This document shows positions 37,673 through 46,789 of a stretch of 64,000 bases of DNA, piece after piece; positions within the stretch are counted from its first letter, which is position 1; each line of letters starts with the position of its first letter. The translations under genes were made by a program, and so were the position numbers. The stretch is taken from positions 1-64,000 of IMG/VR virus record IMGVR_UViG_3300044997_001199. The stretch is one strand, 5' to 3'. The notes beneath the pieces are model-generated. The model did not search any database, had not been told where the DNA came from, and was given only the letters and a program-made list of their open reading frames with translations.

Positions 37673-39394
37673 ATGGCAAATCAACAAAATATTTCAACAG
37701 ATCTTTACGATCTTCTGACCACACGTAACCTTGACCCCGAAGTCACAGGTACGCAAGGCCAGGCATCACAGCCTGTCAACGGAGCAGTATTCAGCTTTGA
37801 TTATGTGAGCACCTCGGGAAAAAACTATGGCACTGCAGTGGCAGTGATTAACCCTGACGATCAGGAACTTGCTTTGTATTTCGGGAACAATCTGGGTCGG
37901 AGCATGGAAGAACCAGACAAAAGTGAGTGGTTTGAGTTTCTGCAACAGTTGAGGCAGTTTGCCACCCGCCATAATTTCCATACATTTAGTCCCAAAAATC
38001 TCACACAACTCAAACACACCATGGCTGGCATGGCCGCAATCAAGGAAGGCCTGTTCGAAGGCTACTATGGAACACGCCGCGTGAGTTACATGGGGTCGGT
38101 CACCGAGGCCCGATTGGTTATAGAACACAACAAGGTGCTGGAACAGGATGATTCACGTCATCGCAATATCAAAAACTTGTTTATAGAAACAGCAGAAGGT
38201 GAGAGATTCAAGTTGCCCTTTGTAAATCTTGCAGGTGGACGGGCCATGCTAAAACACGTGCGCAGCGGCGGCCGCCCCTATGATATTCGCGGCGTACACA
38301 TCACAGAAATGATCTCAGAATTAAAACTGCTCAATAGATTCAATCGAGCCAGTGCTTCACATGTGGTAGAGGGAGTAACTGCTCAACTGCGTGAACAGGC
38401 ACAGGCATACTACAGTGCCATGAGAGAAAACCTGCGGAGTCTGGCCACACACCGTGGTTATCAACGTTATTTCGAATCATGGTCCCCGGCCGAAATCACA
38501 GAAACCGACACCCTGGTAGAAGATCTCAAAACACTGTTTGTGGAACAAACCATTGATGCTAGGATCGAAGCTGCACTGCCGGTGCTGGTCAAGATACAAC
38601 AAGGATCTGTCATGAAAGAAGCCAAGATGTTCGAAACATGGGCCAATCACATGGTCGAGGGTACCTGGGCCATGCCCGATACCCCAGAAAAAATCAAAAA
38701 ACTGCAGGCATTTATGAGCCAAGAACAGCCGCTGGGTCCTGACGCAGCCAATGCCACTGGTTTGCTCCATGACATCATCGGCGACGGCGAACTCCATGAT
38801 CGACTGGCCGACATGGCCAACGAGAATCCCGACGCCGATGCTCGTATCGTGGTCAAGCACTGGATCCGGGATCATCAATTTGATCCTAAGTGGCAGGACA
38901 TGCTGCGCCCCGTTGCCGTGGAGTTTGATGCAGACGATCAAGAACAAAAACTAGACATAGATATTGACAATGACAAGGTCACCGAAGTAACACGTGGTAT
39001 TTCTGGTCTCCACGGTGATCTAGAAAGGACCGACATACCAGCGGGAACGACCGTGCAGCGAGTCAAATACCAAGACGTTGATCGGTACAAGCCCGACACC
39101 GAACCCGACAGTCATCCCCGGGCTGCCACTCTAGATCCTCGCCAGGGTCGACTCATGAAAACCGTTCTATCAATGAAGGAAGGTGACAACCTGGCTACGT
39201 TTGAAGAACCTGTGCAAGAAGCAGAATGCAACCATACCATGGAAGGTGAATCCTGCCCGATTCACGGCATGGTGAAATGTGATATGTATGAGGACGGCAA
39301 AGACCCCATAGACCATCGCGGCGCTGTCACAGACAGTTTCCACGAAGAGCTGGAACGTATAAAAACACTGGCTTCACCAAAACAGCATAAATAA
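37673..39394 (+). CDS. Hypothetical virion/morphogenesis protein
   Basis: 573-aa ORF after terminase; TAAATA at 37660; acidic C-terminal modules ending ELERIKTLA. Confidence 0.75.
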   Translation: MANQQNISTDLYDLLTTRNLDPEVTGTQGQASQPVNGAVFSFDYVSTSGKNYGTAVAVINPDDQELALYFGNNLGRSMEEPDKSEWFEFLQQLRQFATRHNFHTFSPKNLTQLKHTMAGMAAIKEGLFEGYYGTRRVSYMGSVTEARLVIEHNKVLEQDDSRHRNIKNLFIETAEGERFKLPFVNLAGGRAMLKHVRSGGRPYDIRGVHITEMISELKLLNRFNRASASHVVEGVTAQLREQAQAYYSAMRENLRSLATHRGYQRYFESWSPAEITETDTLVEDLKTLFVEQTIDARIEAALPVLVKIQQGSVMKEAKMFETWANHMVEGTWAMPDTPEKIKKLQAFMSQEQPLGPDAANATGLLHDIIGDGELHDRLADMANENPDADARIVVKHWIRDHQFDPKWQDMLRPVAVEFDADDQEQKLDIDIDNDKVTEVTRGISGLHGDLERTDIPAGTTVQRVKYQDVDRYKPDTEPDSHPRAATLDPRQGRLMKTVLSMKEGDNLATFEEPVQEAECNHTMEGESCPIHGMVKCDMYEDGKDPIDHRGAVTDSFHEELERIKTLASPKQHK

Positions 39395-39396
39395 CA

Positions 39397-39425
39397 TTGA
39401 CACCCAGCAACAAAGCGCATATACT
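39397..39425 (+). promoter_or_regulatory. sigma70-type promoter for ssb-uvsX-uvsY
   Basis: TTGACA-N17-TATACT; TAAATA just upstream at 39388. Confidence 0.8.
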
Positions 39426-39522
39426 TTGGGTATGTGCGCTTTTTTGTTGATGTCACAGGCAATATTATCTAAAACAGTTAGATAGGCAACACACATAGGC
39501 AACTTATCAAGGAGATACTACT

Positions 39523-40488
39523 ATGGCTTCATTGGCAGAAATTCGAGCAAGACTACAGGCAGCAGAAATTAAAGGTTCACAATCTCAAGGCACAGGCGAC
39601 AGCGCGATCTATCCGCACTGGAACATGGAAGAAAACCAAAGTGCCACCCTCCGATTCCTTCCGGATGGCAACAGCAAAAATACTTTTTTCTGGGCCGAGC
39701 GTGCCATGATTCGCTTGCCTTTCAACGGCGTCAAGGGCGATATAGATTCAAAGCAGGTCATGGTACAGGTACCCTGCGTTGAAATGTGGGGCGATGCTTG
39801 TCCGATCCTGGCCGAAGTGCGCACGTGGTTCAAGGACAAGAACCTTGAAGAAATGGGTCGTAAATATTGGAAGAAGCGCAGTTATATCTTCCAGGGTTTC
39901 GTGCGTGAGAATCCCCTGACCGAGGACCGTACCCCGGAAAACCCCATTCGTCGTTTCATTATCGGGCCGCAGATCTTTACCATCATCAAGGGCGCACTTA
40001 TGGATCCTGAACTGGAAGAACTGCCCACTGACTATCAACATGGACTGGATTTTCGCATCACCAAGACTGCCAAGGGCGGATATGCCGACTACAACACTTC
40101 CAAGTGGTCACGCAAAGAGTCGCCCTTGACCGAGGTGGAACAAGCAGCCATTGCTGCTCATGGTCTGTTTGACCTGGTTGCATCGTTGCCCAAGCGTCCC
40201 ACTGATGTGGAACTGCGTGTGATGAAGGAAATGTTTGAATCATCAGTGAATGGCCAGAGTTATGATCCGGACCGCTGGGGTCAATATTTCCGTCCGGCTG
40301 GTGTGACAGCTCCCACGGGCGTATCGGTCGAGTCGGTCGAGCCCGCAGCAACCACTGTGGCACCAATGGTCAATGATGGGTTTGATGACGAACCTGCGGC
40401 ACCGTCTGCTCCGGTCGAAGCCAAGCTTTCCAGTCAAAAGGCCGAGGACATCCTGGCCATGATACGGGCTCGACAAAACAAAGGTTAG
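39523..40488 (+). CDS. gp32: Single-stranded DNA-binding protein (T4 gp32-like)
   Basis: IRFLP-type LRFLPDG, CPIL, YWKKRSY, DFRITKT..GGYADY, acidic tail ending EDILAMIRARQ. Confidence 0.88.
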   Translation: MASLAEIRARLQAAEIKGSQSQGTGDSAIYPHWNMEENQSATLRFLPDGNSKNTFFWAERAMIRLPFNGVKGDIDSKQVMVQVPCVEMWGDACPILAEVRTWFKDKNLEEMGRKYWKKRSYIFQGFVRENPLTEDRTPENPIRRFIIGPQIFTIIKGALMDPELEELPTDYQHGLDFRITKTAKGGYADYNTSKWSRKESPLTEVEQAAIAAHGLFDLVASLPKRPTDVELRVMKEMFESSVNGQSYDPDRWGQYFRPAGVTAPTGVSVESVEPAATTVAPMVNDGFDDEPAAPSAPVEAKLSSQKAEDILAMIRARQNKG

Positions 40489-40489
40489 T

Positions 40490-40621
40490 ATGACAACTTT
40501 TCAATCTTTGATCAAAGACTGTGAAATGTCTGAGAATCATCCAGTTGAATCGGGGCATCGTAAGATCGCCGATGTAGTGATAAATTTTTTAGAAAGCAGA
40601 AATTATGGCCAAACCATTTGA
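40490..40621 (+). pseudogene. Short ORF resembling fused ends of a deleted SGNH-like gene
   Basis: MTTFQSLIKDCEMSENHPVESGHRKIADVVINFLESRNYGQTI*; HP...GH..IAD is an SGNH block-V-like terminus. Confidence 0.45.
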
Positions 40622-41672
40622 CGTAAGTAAGTTCCGTAAGGAAATTACAAAGTCCATCGATGGGCTGTCCATCGGTTTCAACGATCCCACAGATTGGGTC
40701 AGCACCGGCAATTATGCACTCAACTATTTGATCTCAGGTGACTTCAACAAAGGTATTCCGCTGGGTAAGGTCACGGTATTTGCTGGCGAATCCGGCGCAG
40801 GCAAAAGCTATATCTGTTCAGGAAATATTGTAAGACATGCACAACAGCAGGGAATCTTCGTGGTGTTGATTGATACTGAAAATGCTCTAGACGAAACATG
40901 GCTGCATGCGTTGGGAGTAGATACCAGCGAGGGGAAACTGCTAAAACTTTCAATGGCCATGATCGACGATGTAGCCAAGACCATCTCCACATTCATGAGC
41001 GAGTACAAAATACTGTCGGCCGAAGAACGGCCCAAGGTATTGTTTGTGATCGATTCGGTGGGCATGTTGCTTACTCCTACCGATGTCAATCAGTTTGAAG
41101 CCGGCGATATGAAAGGCGACCTAGGCCGCAAGGCCAAAAGTCTCACTGCCTTGGTGCGTAACTGTGTCAACATGTTTGGTAGTTACAACGTAGGCATGGT
41201 TTGTACCAACCATACCTATGCCAGTCAGGACATGTTTGACCCCGACGACAAGATTTCGGGCGGACAGGGTTTTATCTACGCCAGTTCCATTGTGGTAGCC
41301 ATGCGCAAGCTCAAGCTCAAGGAAGACGAAGATGGTAACAAGATTTCGGACGTTATGGGCATTCGTAGTGCATGCAAGGTCATGAAAACTCGATATACCA
41401 AACCGTTTGAAGGTGTACAGGTTAAGATTCCGTATGAGACCGGAATGAATCCGTATTCGGGATTGGTTGATCTAGCTGAGAAAAAGGGTCTTCTGGTCAA
41501 GGACGGAAATCGACTTCGTTTTGTCACAGATACCGGTCAAGAAATCAAATTGTTTCGCAAGGCCTGGGAATCAAACGAGGATGGTTGTCTTGACACTCTC
41601 ATGATCGAGTTCTCAAAAAAATCTTCCAGCCTTGGCGCGATTGCTGAAATCTCAACAGAGGAGCAGGCATGA
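40605..41672 (+). CDS. uvsX: RecA-like recombinase UvsX
   Basis: GESGAGKS, LIDTENA, VIDSVG, TNHTY, SGGQGFIYASSIV. Confidence 0.95.
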   Translation: MAKPFDVSKFRKEITKSIDGLSIGFNDPTDWVSTGNYALNYLISGDFNKGIPLGKVTVFAGESGAGKSYICSGNIVRHAQQQGIFVVLIDTENALDETWLHALGVDTSEGKLLKLSMAMIDDVAKTISTFMSEYKILSAEERPKVLFVIDSVGMLLTPTDVNQFEAGDMKGDLGRKAKSLTALVRNCVNMFGSYNVGMVCTNHTYASQDMFDPDDKISGGQGFIYASSIVVAMRKLKLKEDEDGNKISDVMGIRSACKVMKTRYTKPFEGVQVKIPYETGMNPYSGLVDLAEKKGLLVKDGNRLRFVTDTGQEIKLFRKAWESNEDGCLDTLMIEFSKKSSSLGAIAEISTEEQA

Positions 41673-41908
41673 GTACAGAACTTGCTGTGGATGTCTGGGA
41701 AGAATTAAAGAGATACATAAACACTATTGATCACGCAGATGCAGCAGATACCTTGGTATCCGTTATGATCGATCATGACTATACAGCCGACGATATTTTA
41801 CAGGTGTTTTTTCATGATTCTGACATCAAACATGCTCTAAACAGTTATCTAACCACAACAGACGAGTTTGACAAGTACGATGATGATGACTTTGGATATG
41901 AGGACTGA
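41669..41908 (+). CDS. Small acidic hypothetical protein
   Basis: 79-aa ORF, ATGA overlap with uvsX. Confidence 0.75.
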   Translation: MSTELAVDVWEELKRYINTIDHADAADTLVSVMIDHDYTADDILQVFFHDSDIKHALNSYLTTTDEFDKYDDDDFGYED

Positions 41909-41910
41909 TC

Positions 41911-42363
41911 GTGTGGTACAGTCGTGTGGTCTCCGATCTCGGTCTGATTCCAGATTTTATCTCGTATTACGAACAGGAACTTGAACAGGCTAGGGCCGAA
42001 TGCCGCATTGGCGGTTTGGTAGAGCGCAATATCAAAGATCTGCCCGGAATCACTGAGCATCGTTTCAATCAACTGCAGGAGATTGAGGCAGTGCTCAACT
42101 ATCTCAATATCCAGTTGCGCAAGATCCGCCGCCGGCATTTCCAGAAATACCTTGAGGCCTATCAGCGAGCGCTGACATCACGCGACGCAGAAAAATATGT
42201 AGACGGCGAGGACGAAGTCATAGACTTTGAAACCATTATCAATGAAGTTGCCCTGCTGAGAAATCGCTGGTTGGGTATCATGAAAGGACTGGATTCCAAG
42301 AGTTGGATGTCTGGTCATATCGTGCGCTTGCGGACCGCAGGCATGGAAGACATACAAGTCTAA
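41911..42363 (+). CDS. uvsY: Recombination mediator UvsY-like
   Basis: Helical protein with YLE...RALTSRDAEKYVDGEDEV...LDSKSW; next to uvsX. Confidence 0.75.
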   Translation: MWYSRVVSDLGLIPDFISYYEQELEQARAECRIGGLVERNIKDLPGITEHRFNQLQEIEAVLNYLNIQLRKIRRRHFQKYLEAYQRALTSRDAEKYVDGEDEVIDFETIINEVALLRNRWLGIMKGLDSKSWMSGHIVRLRTAGMEDIQV

Positions 42364-42374
42364 AAGGAAACTCA

Positions 42375-43349
42375 ATGAAACGCGTGGCATTTGTGACAGG
42401 CATGACCGGACAAGACGGTCCATATCTTGCCAAGACGCTGTTAGAACAGGATTATCAGGTCTATGGACTGGTAAAACGCTACAGCAATCTTAATCTTGAC
42501 AATCTGCGTTGGCTGGGAATAGAAAATGACATCGAGCTGGTGACCGGTGATATCACCGACGAAAATTCAATGAATCATCTCCTGCGCAGTCTACAACCTG
42601 CCGAAGTATACAATCTCGCAGCGCAGAGCTTTGTTGGAGTGAGCTGGGATCTCAACAAGTTGACCACCGAAGTCAATGCCATAGGCCCACTTAACATACT
42701 CAATGCCATACGTACTCACAGTCCAAATTCTCGATTCTATCAGGCATCCACGTCGGAAATGTATGGTAATAGCACAGGCGGCCAGCAGAACGAAACCACG
42801 CCTTTCCGCCCTTGCAGTCCCTACGGCGTGTCAAAACTCTATGCGCATTGGATCACTGTGAATTTCCGCGAAAGCTACAGTCTCTATGCCTGTTCGGGCA
42901 TATTGTTCAATCACGAAAGTCCCCTGCGTGGTCGAGAATTTGTGACACGCAAGGTCACTGACGGAGTGGCTCGCATCGCACTGGGCCTAGCAGACACCAT
43001 TGCCCTGGGCAATCTTGATGCCCGCCGCGACTGGGGATTCGCCGGTGATTATGCCGAGGCCATGTGGCTGATGTTACAACAGCCCGAAGCTTTGGATTAT
43101 GTAATCTCAACTGGTGAGCAACATACCATACGCGAACTACTGGAGATAGCGTTTGATCGGGCAGGCATCACGTCGTGGACCGATCGGGTGGTCAGCGATC
43201 CTAGGTTCAAGCGTCCAGCCGAACTGCATAATCTTTGCGGTGATTCTGGTCGTGCCCGTAGGCTGTTGGGATGGCAGCCTCGTACTACATTTGAACAGAT
43301 GATCCGCGACATGGTCGATGCCGATCTAGCAAGACTCAAGCCGCGATAA
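42375..43349 (+). CDS. gmd: GDP-mannose 4,6-dehydratase
   Basis: TGMTGQDGPYL, YNLAAQSFV, QASTSEMYG, PYGVSK, LFNHESPLRG.EFVTRK, RDWGFA. Confidence 0.95.
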   Translation: MKRVAFVTGMTGQDGPYLAKTLLEQDYQVYGLVKRYSNLNLDNLRWLGIENDIELVTGDITDENSMNHLLRSLQPAEVYNLAAQSFVGVSWDLNKLTTEVNAIGPLNILNAIRTHSPNSRFYQASTSEMYGNSTGGQQNETTPFRPCSPYGVSKLYAHWITVNFRESYSLYACSGILFNHESPLRGREFVTRKVTDGVARIALGLADTIALGNLDARRDWGFAGDYAEAMWLMLQQPEALDYVISTGEQHTIRELLEIAFDRAGITSWTDRVVSDPRFKRPAELHNLCGDSGRARRLLGWQPRTTFEQMIRDMVDADLARLKPR

Positions 43350-44171
43350 CAAACTGGCCACTGGCTCGCCACTGGCGATTTCTCCAACGGTCCATTCGGT
43401 GTGTGCGACCTGATTCAGCCAACTCTCGCGATTGGGTCTTTGGGGAGATTCGATCTGTGACCAATCCAGTGATGCTACAGGAGCAGCCAGGCTAGTGGGC
43501 CCAACAAATGCTGGCACCCCTTGTATCACGGCCTGGGTGCCCGGACCACTGTTCCAGTTCAGCACACACCAGGCCTGCTGTAAGCTGCGATCAAAATCAA
43601 AATCATCGTAGGTTCCGGGCAATTTGTTGGGAACCTCGATGTCAAATCCCAAACTGTGCAACATGCGTTTTCGCGGATGTGAGCGTATGCGTATGGGTCG
43701 ATCGGTGTGGCTCTTCAGCCCGGCAACAACATCAGCAAGCCATTGATCCATTGGTGGCTGGTCCTTCCATTGCTCGCTGTCTGTGCGCTGCAACGCGATG
43801 ACAACGTCGGTGCCAAATGAACGCCAGGGCTCGAGTGCTATGCCCAATTTGGTCGGCCGATCACAGTCACTCACGGATGGCCACTCGGCGCCACGGTCAG
43901 TGCCGTTGCCAGACATTTTCCAGGTATGGCCACGACGTAGCATGCCCACTTCTAACACCACCACTGGCCGACCGGTGTTGCGAAATGCGTTCCAGACCTC
44001 CTGGTTGGCCCGCATACGCCCGGCCCATACCACTGACCAAATCACTGCAATGTCGGCCGTGGCATCGTGCAGCCGCCACGCGTGCCCGAGACGGGTCACA
44101 GCCTGTGTAAATGCCTCAAACACTGGTTGACTGTTTGCTGCACCAAATTTATTGAAGACGCCAAAACGCAT
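43326..44171 (-). CDS. Glycosyltransferase-like protein (capsule biosynthesis KpsC/KpsS-like C-terminus)
   Basis: VLEVG, IRSHPR, NWNSGPGTQAVIQGVPAF; start chosen at MRFGVF. Confidence 0.55.
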   Translation of the reverse strand: MRFGVFNKFGAANSQPVFEAFTQAVTRLGHAWRLHDATADIAVIWSVVWAGRMRANQEVWNAFRNTGRPVVVLEVGMLRRGHTWKMSGNGTDRGAEWPSVSDCDRPTKLGIALEPWRSFGTDVVIALQRTDSEQWKDQPPMDQWLADVVAGLKSHTDRPIRIRSHPRKRMLHSLGFDIEVPNKLPGTYDDFDFDRSLQQAWCVLNWNSGPGTQAVIQGVPAFVGPTSLAAPVASLDWSQIESPQRPNRESWLNQVAHTEWTVGEIASGEPVASLLSRLESC

Positions 44172-44208
44172 GATGTAAATAAAGTTACAAGTAGTTATAA
44201 GGAAAACT

Positions 44209-45039
44209 GTGTCAAGAAAATTCTCAGTGGTAACCACCTTTCATCGTGCAGGGTATGAAAAATACGGTAGTCGTATGATCGAAACCTTCTTGAAAAACTG
44301 GCCTCAGGCAGTCGAACTACATGTGTATGCCGAGGACTGTGACATACAACAACATGCATCGAACCTGGTGGTACATGATCTGCATCAAAGGGTCCCGGCG
44401 CTGGTCAAATTCAAACAACAATATCAAGCGGATCTGCGTGCGACCGGGCGATTGGCCCAAGGACCGCCCGACCGCAAAGGCAAACAACCTGGCATTGGAT
44501 TTCGTTGGGATGCAGTAAGGTTTAGCCACAAAGTATATGCACAGTGCGATCTGGCTCGACGTCGGAGCACGGGCACTATGATATGGATGGATGCCGACAT
44601 GGTCTGCCACAGCGCCATTGGTCTTGATATTCTAGATCAGGAAATACCCCAGGACGTGGGTGTGGCCTTCCTGGGGCGTGCACGAAAGTACACCGAAACC
44701 GGGCTATGGGCTATCAATCTGGATCGCCCGGGTAGTCACGAATTCATGGAACGCATGCAGTGGGCCTACGACCATGCCGAACAAGGTGTGTTGGCCATGA
44801 AAGAATATCATGACTGCTGGGTGTTTGACCGTACCCGAGAATGGATGACGCAACATTTTCCTGCTTGGCAACAACTGGATTGGAACCGGGGATCTTTGCA
44901 AGGCGAGGGGCACCCCTTGATCAACACAGCATGGGGCGCTTATCTCGACCACCTCAAGGGACGTAGAAAAGATCAAGGGTGTAGCACGGTTAAAGATCTT
45001 GTGTCACCTCGCACAGAGCGTTATTGGCAGTCCAGTTGA
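44209..45039 (+). CDS. GT-A glycosyltransferase-like protein
   Basis: WDAVRFSHKV, WMDADM (DxD), ETG, EYHD, DHLKG motifs. Confidence 0.7.
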   Translation: MSRKFSVVTTFHRAGYEKYGSRMIETFLKNWPQAVELHVYAEDCDIQQHASNLVVHDLHQRVPALVKFKQQYQADLRATGRLAQGPPDRKGKQPGIGFRWDAVRFSHKVYAQCDLARRRSTGTMIWMDADMVCHSAIGLDILDQEIPQDVGVAFLGRARKYTETGLWAINLDRPGSHEFMERMQWAYDHAEQGVLAMKEYHDCWVFDRTREWMTQHFPAWQQLDWNRGSLQGEGHPLINTAWGAYLDHLKGRRKDQGCSTVKDLVSPRTERYWQSS

Positions 45040-45065
45040 AACAGTCTGATTGTTCAAGCGTTATC

Positions 45066-45140
45066 TGGTACCTGGTGACGGGATCGAACCGCCGACCTTC
45101 TCCTTGTAAGGGAGACACTCTACCGCTGAGTTAACCAGGC
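45066..45140 (-). tRNA. tRNA-Val (TAC)
   Basis: Complete cloverleaf, loop CT-TAC-AA, TTCGATC T-loop, encoded CCA. Confidence 0.95.
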
Positions 45141-45145
45141 AATTC

Positions 45146-45180
45146 TAGTCGGAGTGCAAGGATTCCAACCCTACACTCCA
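45146..45180 (-). pseudogene. tRNA remnant folded as an acceptor+T-arm minihelix
   Basis: TGGAGTG-TAGGG-TTGGAAT-CCTTG-CACTCCG-ACTA; D and anticodon arms absent. Confidence 0.7.
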
Positions 45181-45183
45181 AAT

Positions 45184-45262
45184 TGGTCTCGATGGCAAGA
45201 TTCGAACTTGCGACATCCTGCTCCCAAAGCAGGCGGAATGAACCAGACTATCCTACACCGAT
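45184..45262 (-). tRNA. tRNA-Pro (TGG), first base pair mismatched
   Basis: Cloverleaf with CCTGC-TTTGGGA-GCAGG, CCA; A1:G72 mismatch. Confidence 0.88.
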
Positions 45263-45263
45263 T

Positions 45264-45337
45264 TGGTGGAGGATAACAGAATCGAACTGTTAATCTCGGC
45301 TTGCAAAGCCGATGTTATCCCATTTAACTAATCCCCC
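45264..45337 (-). tRNA. tRNA-Ala (TGC)
   Basis: G3:U70 identity pair, loop TT-TGC-AA, CCA. Confidence 0.93.
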
Positions 45338-45342
45338 AAACT

Positions 45343-45419
45343 TGGCTCCCCAGCGTGGGCTCGAACCACGGACATTCTGATTAACAGTCAGACGCATCTA
45401 CCAACTGTGCTACTGGGGA
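45343..45419 (-). tRNA. tRNA-Asn (GTT)
   Basis: TCTGA-CTGTTAA-TCAGA, full cloverleaf, CCA. Confidence 0.95.
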
Positions 45420-45425
45420 ATATTC

Positions 45426-45455
45426 TTAACTGCACTACCGCTGTACTACCTTGGA
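45426..45455 (-). pseudogene. 5' fragment of a tRNA (acceptor strand plus D arm)
   Basis: TCCAAGGTAGTACAGCGGTAGTGCAGTTAA; rest missing. Confidence 0.55.
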
Positions 45456-45462
45456 ATAAAAA

Positions 45463-45538
45463 TGGTGCCGGTTGTCGGATTCGAACTGACGACCTATCGC
45501 TTACAAGGCGATTGCAACTACCACTGTGCTAAACCGGC
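45463..45538 (-). tRNA. tRNA-Thr (TGT)
   Basis: ATCGC-CTTGTAA-GCGAT, full cloverleaf, CCA. Confidence 0.95.
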
Positions 45539-45564
45539 TTAAAACTATATATCTCTTTTATTGC

Positions 45565-45654
45565 TGGCGGAGAGTATGAGATTCGAATCTAAGTGTCCAT
45601 TTCTGAACGACGGGTTAGCAAACCGCTGCGTTAACCACTCTCGGTCAACTGTCA
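45565..45654 (-). pseudogene. Degenerate tRNA-Ser (GCT)
   Basis: Long variable arm, loop TT-GCT-AA, 3' ACTCTCC-GCCA but 5' strand TGACAGT mismatched. Confidence 0.75.
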
Positions 45655-45661
45655 AATTTTT

Positions 45662-45739
45662 AAGTAGGGCCCCGGAGGATCGAACTCCGAACCTATCCAT
45701 TATGAGTGGATTGCTCTAGACCAATTGAGCTAGGGCCCT
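45662..45739 (-). tRNA. tRNA with CAT anticodon, probably Ile2 (lysidine) rather than Met
   Basis: AGGGCCC acceptor, ATCCA-CTCATAA-TGGAT; CCA not encoded (ACTT); adjacent to tilS. Confidence 0.85.
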
Positions 45740-45781
45740 GTGACTTTACAACTAAAATTTTTCCGCGTTCGCAATGTTGCA

Positions 45782-45811
45782 ATTATAACCAGTGTCTTTG
45801 ATTCTTGTCAA
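45782..45811 (-). promoter_or_regulatory. sigma70-type promoter for the tRNA cluster
   Basis: TTGACA-N18-TATAAT. Confidence 0.7.
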
Positions 45812-46397
45812 GGATTTTTCTTTGCACCATGGTAGCGATTCCAGGATTTACTTTAAGAATTTCGGGCATGACGGCATGTCGGATCTGATTACGACTGTAT
45901 CGCAGATCACGATTGCTGTGGTCTTCGTACCAGGTCACAGCGTGCCGCTGAGTCCAGGCAACCAGCTGTTGTTTGGGTGTTCTTAGGAACGGTCTCACAC
46001 AGCGTCCTCGCTGATAGTTCATGATTCTGGGCTGACCATGACACGATCCCCAGATCCAAGTTTCCACGGCATCGTCGAGATGATGGGCCAAAACCACCGG
46101 TTCGGATCCTGGCAAACGGTCAAGGAATCCATAGCGTTCGTTGCGCCAGTGTTCTTCGGGACTGATGCCCGGGGGCCTCGGTTGAGAGATTTTTCCGATG
46201 GCGAGAGGTATGTCATGCTGCGAGCAGTACGTCCTGACCGTGGCCAGGCCATGCTCACTGGCCACGGTACCGTGATCAAAAAAGGCCACCTGGGTATGGT
46301 GTCGCCGACGGAGAAAGTCCAGGGCTGCCATGGAATCCAACCCGCCTGAGCAGGCGACGACAACAGTTCTAGGCAGGGCGTTCAACAACCTGATCAT
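45783..46397 (-). CDS. tilS: tRNA(Ile)-lysidine synthetase, short form
   Basis: ACSGGLDSMA PP-loop, RNERY, LAHHLDDAVET, RPFL, W.EDHSN, RNQIRH. Confidence 0.9.
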   Translation of the reverse strand: MIRLLNALPRTVVVACSGGLDSMAALDFLRRRHHTQVAFFDHGTVASEHGLATVRTYCSQHDIPLAIGKISQPRPPGISPEEHWRNERYGFLDRLPGSEPVVLAHHLDDAVETWIWGSCHGQPRIMNYQRGRCVRPFLRTPKQQLVAWTQRHAVTWYEDHSNRDLRYSRNQIRHAVMPEILKVNPGIATMVQRKILDKNQRHWL

Positions 46398-46401
46398 GTA
46401 A

Positions 46402-46650
46402 CTACTTGCGTTCGCGCAGTTGTTGACAGTACACACAGCACCGTACTCCGGGCATGAGTCGTTGTCGAGCCTCGGGGATGTCGTCACCACATTCTTCGCA
46501 ATGAGCCAAACTGGGGAATCGTGCCTGTTCGGCTAACTGTCGCTGTACATCGGCCACGGCATTCATGCCTAGGTGTATGGCATGCAGCTGACCCATCTCA
46601 GCTTCTTCTTCGTTGTTGTAAACAAAATCATCTTTATCCATAGTTGACAT
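46402..46650 (-). CDS. DksA/TraR family C4 zinc-finger protein
   Basis: CEECGDDIPEARQRLMPGVRCCVYCQ. Confidence 0.9.
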   Translation of the reverse strand: MSTMDKDDFVYNNEEEAEMGQLHAIHLGMNAVADVQRQLAEQARFPSLAHCEECGDDIPEARQRLMPGVRCCVYCQQLRERK

Positions 46651-46789
46651 TGTAACAAACTTTAAGTTAGAGATCAACTGTTGACGTAAATACTGTATGA
46701 GAATTTTTTCAATACAAAGTCGCACTGCCTGTGTAACCAGAACAGATCGTTGTTCATAGTGTCAAATATTTATCGACGATAAATACCGG

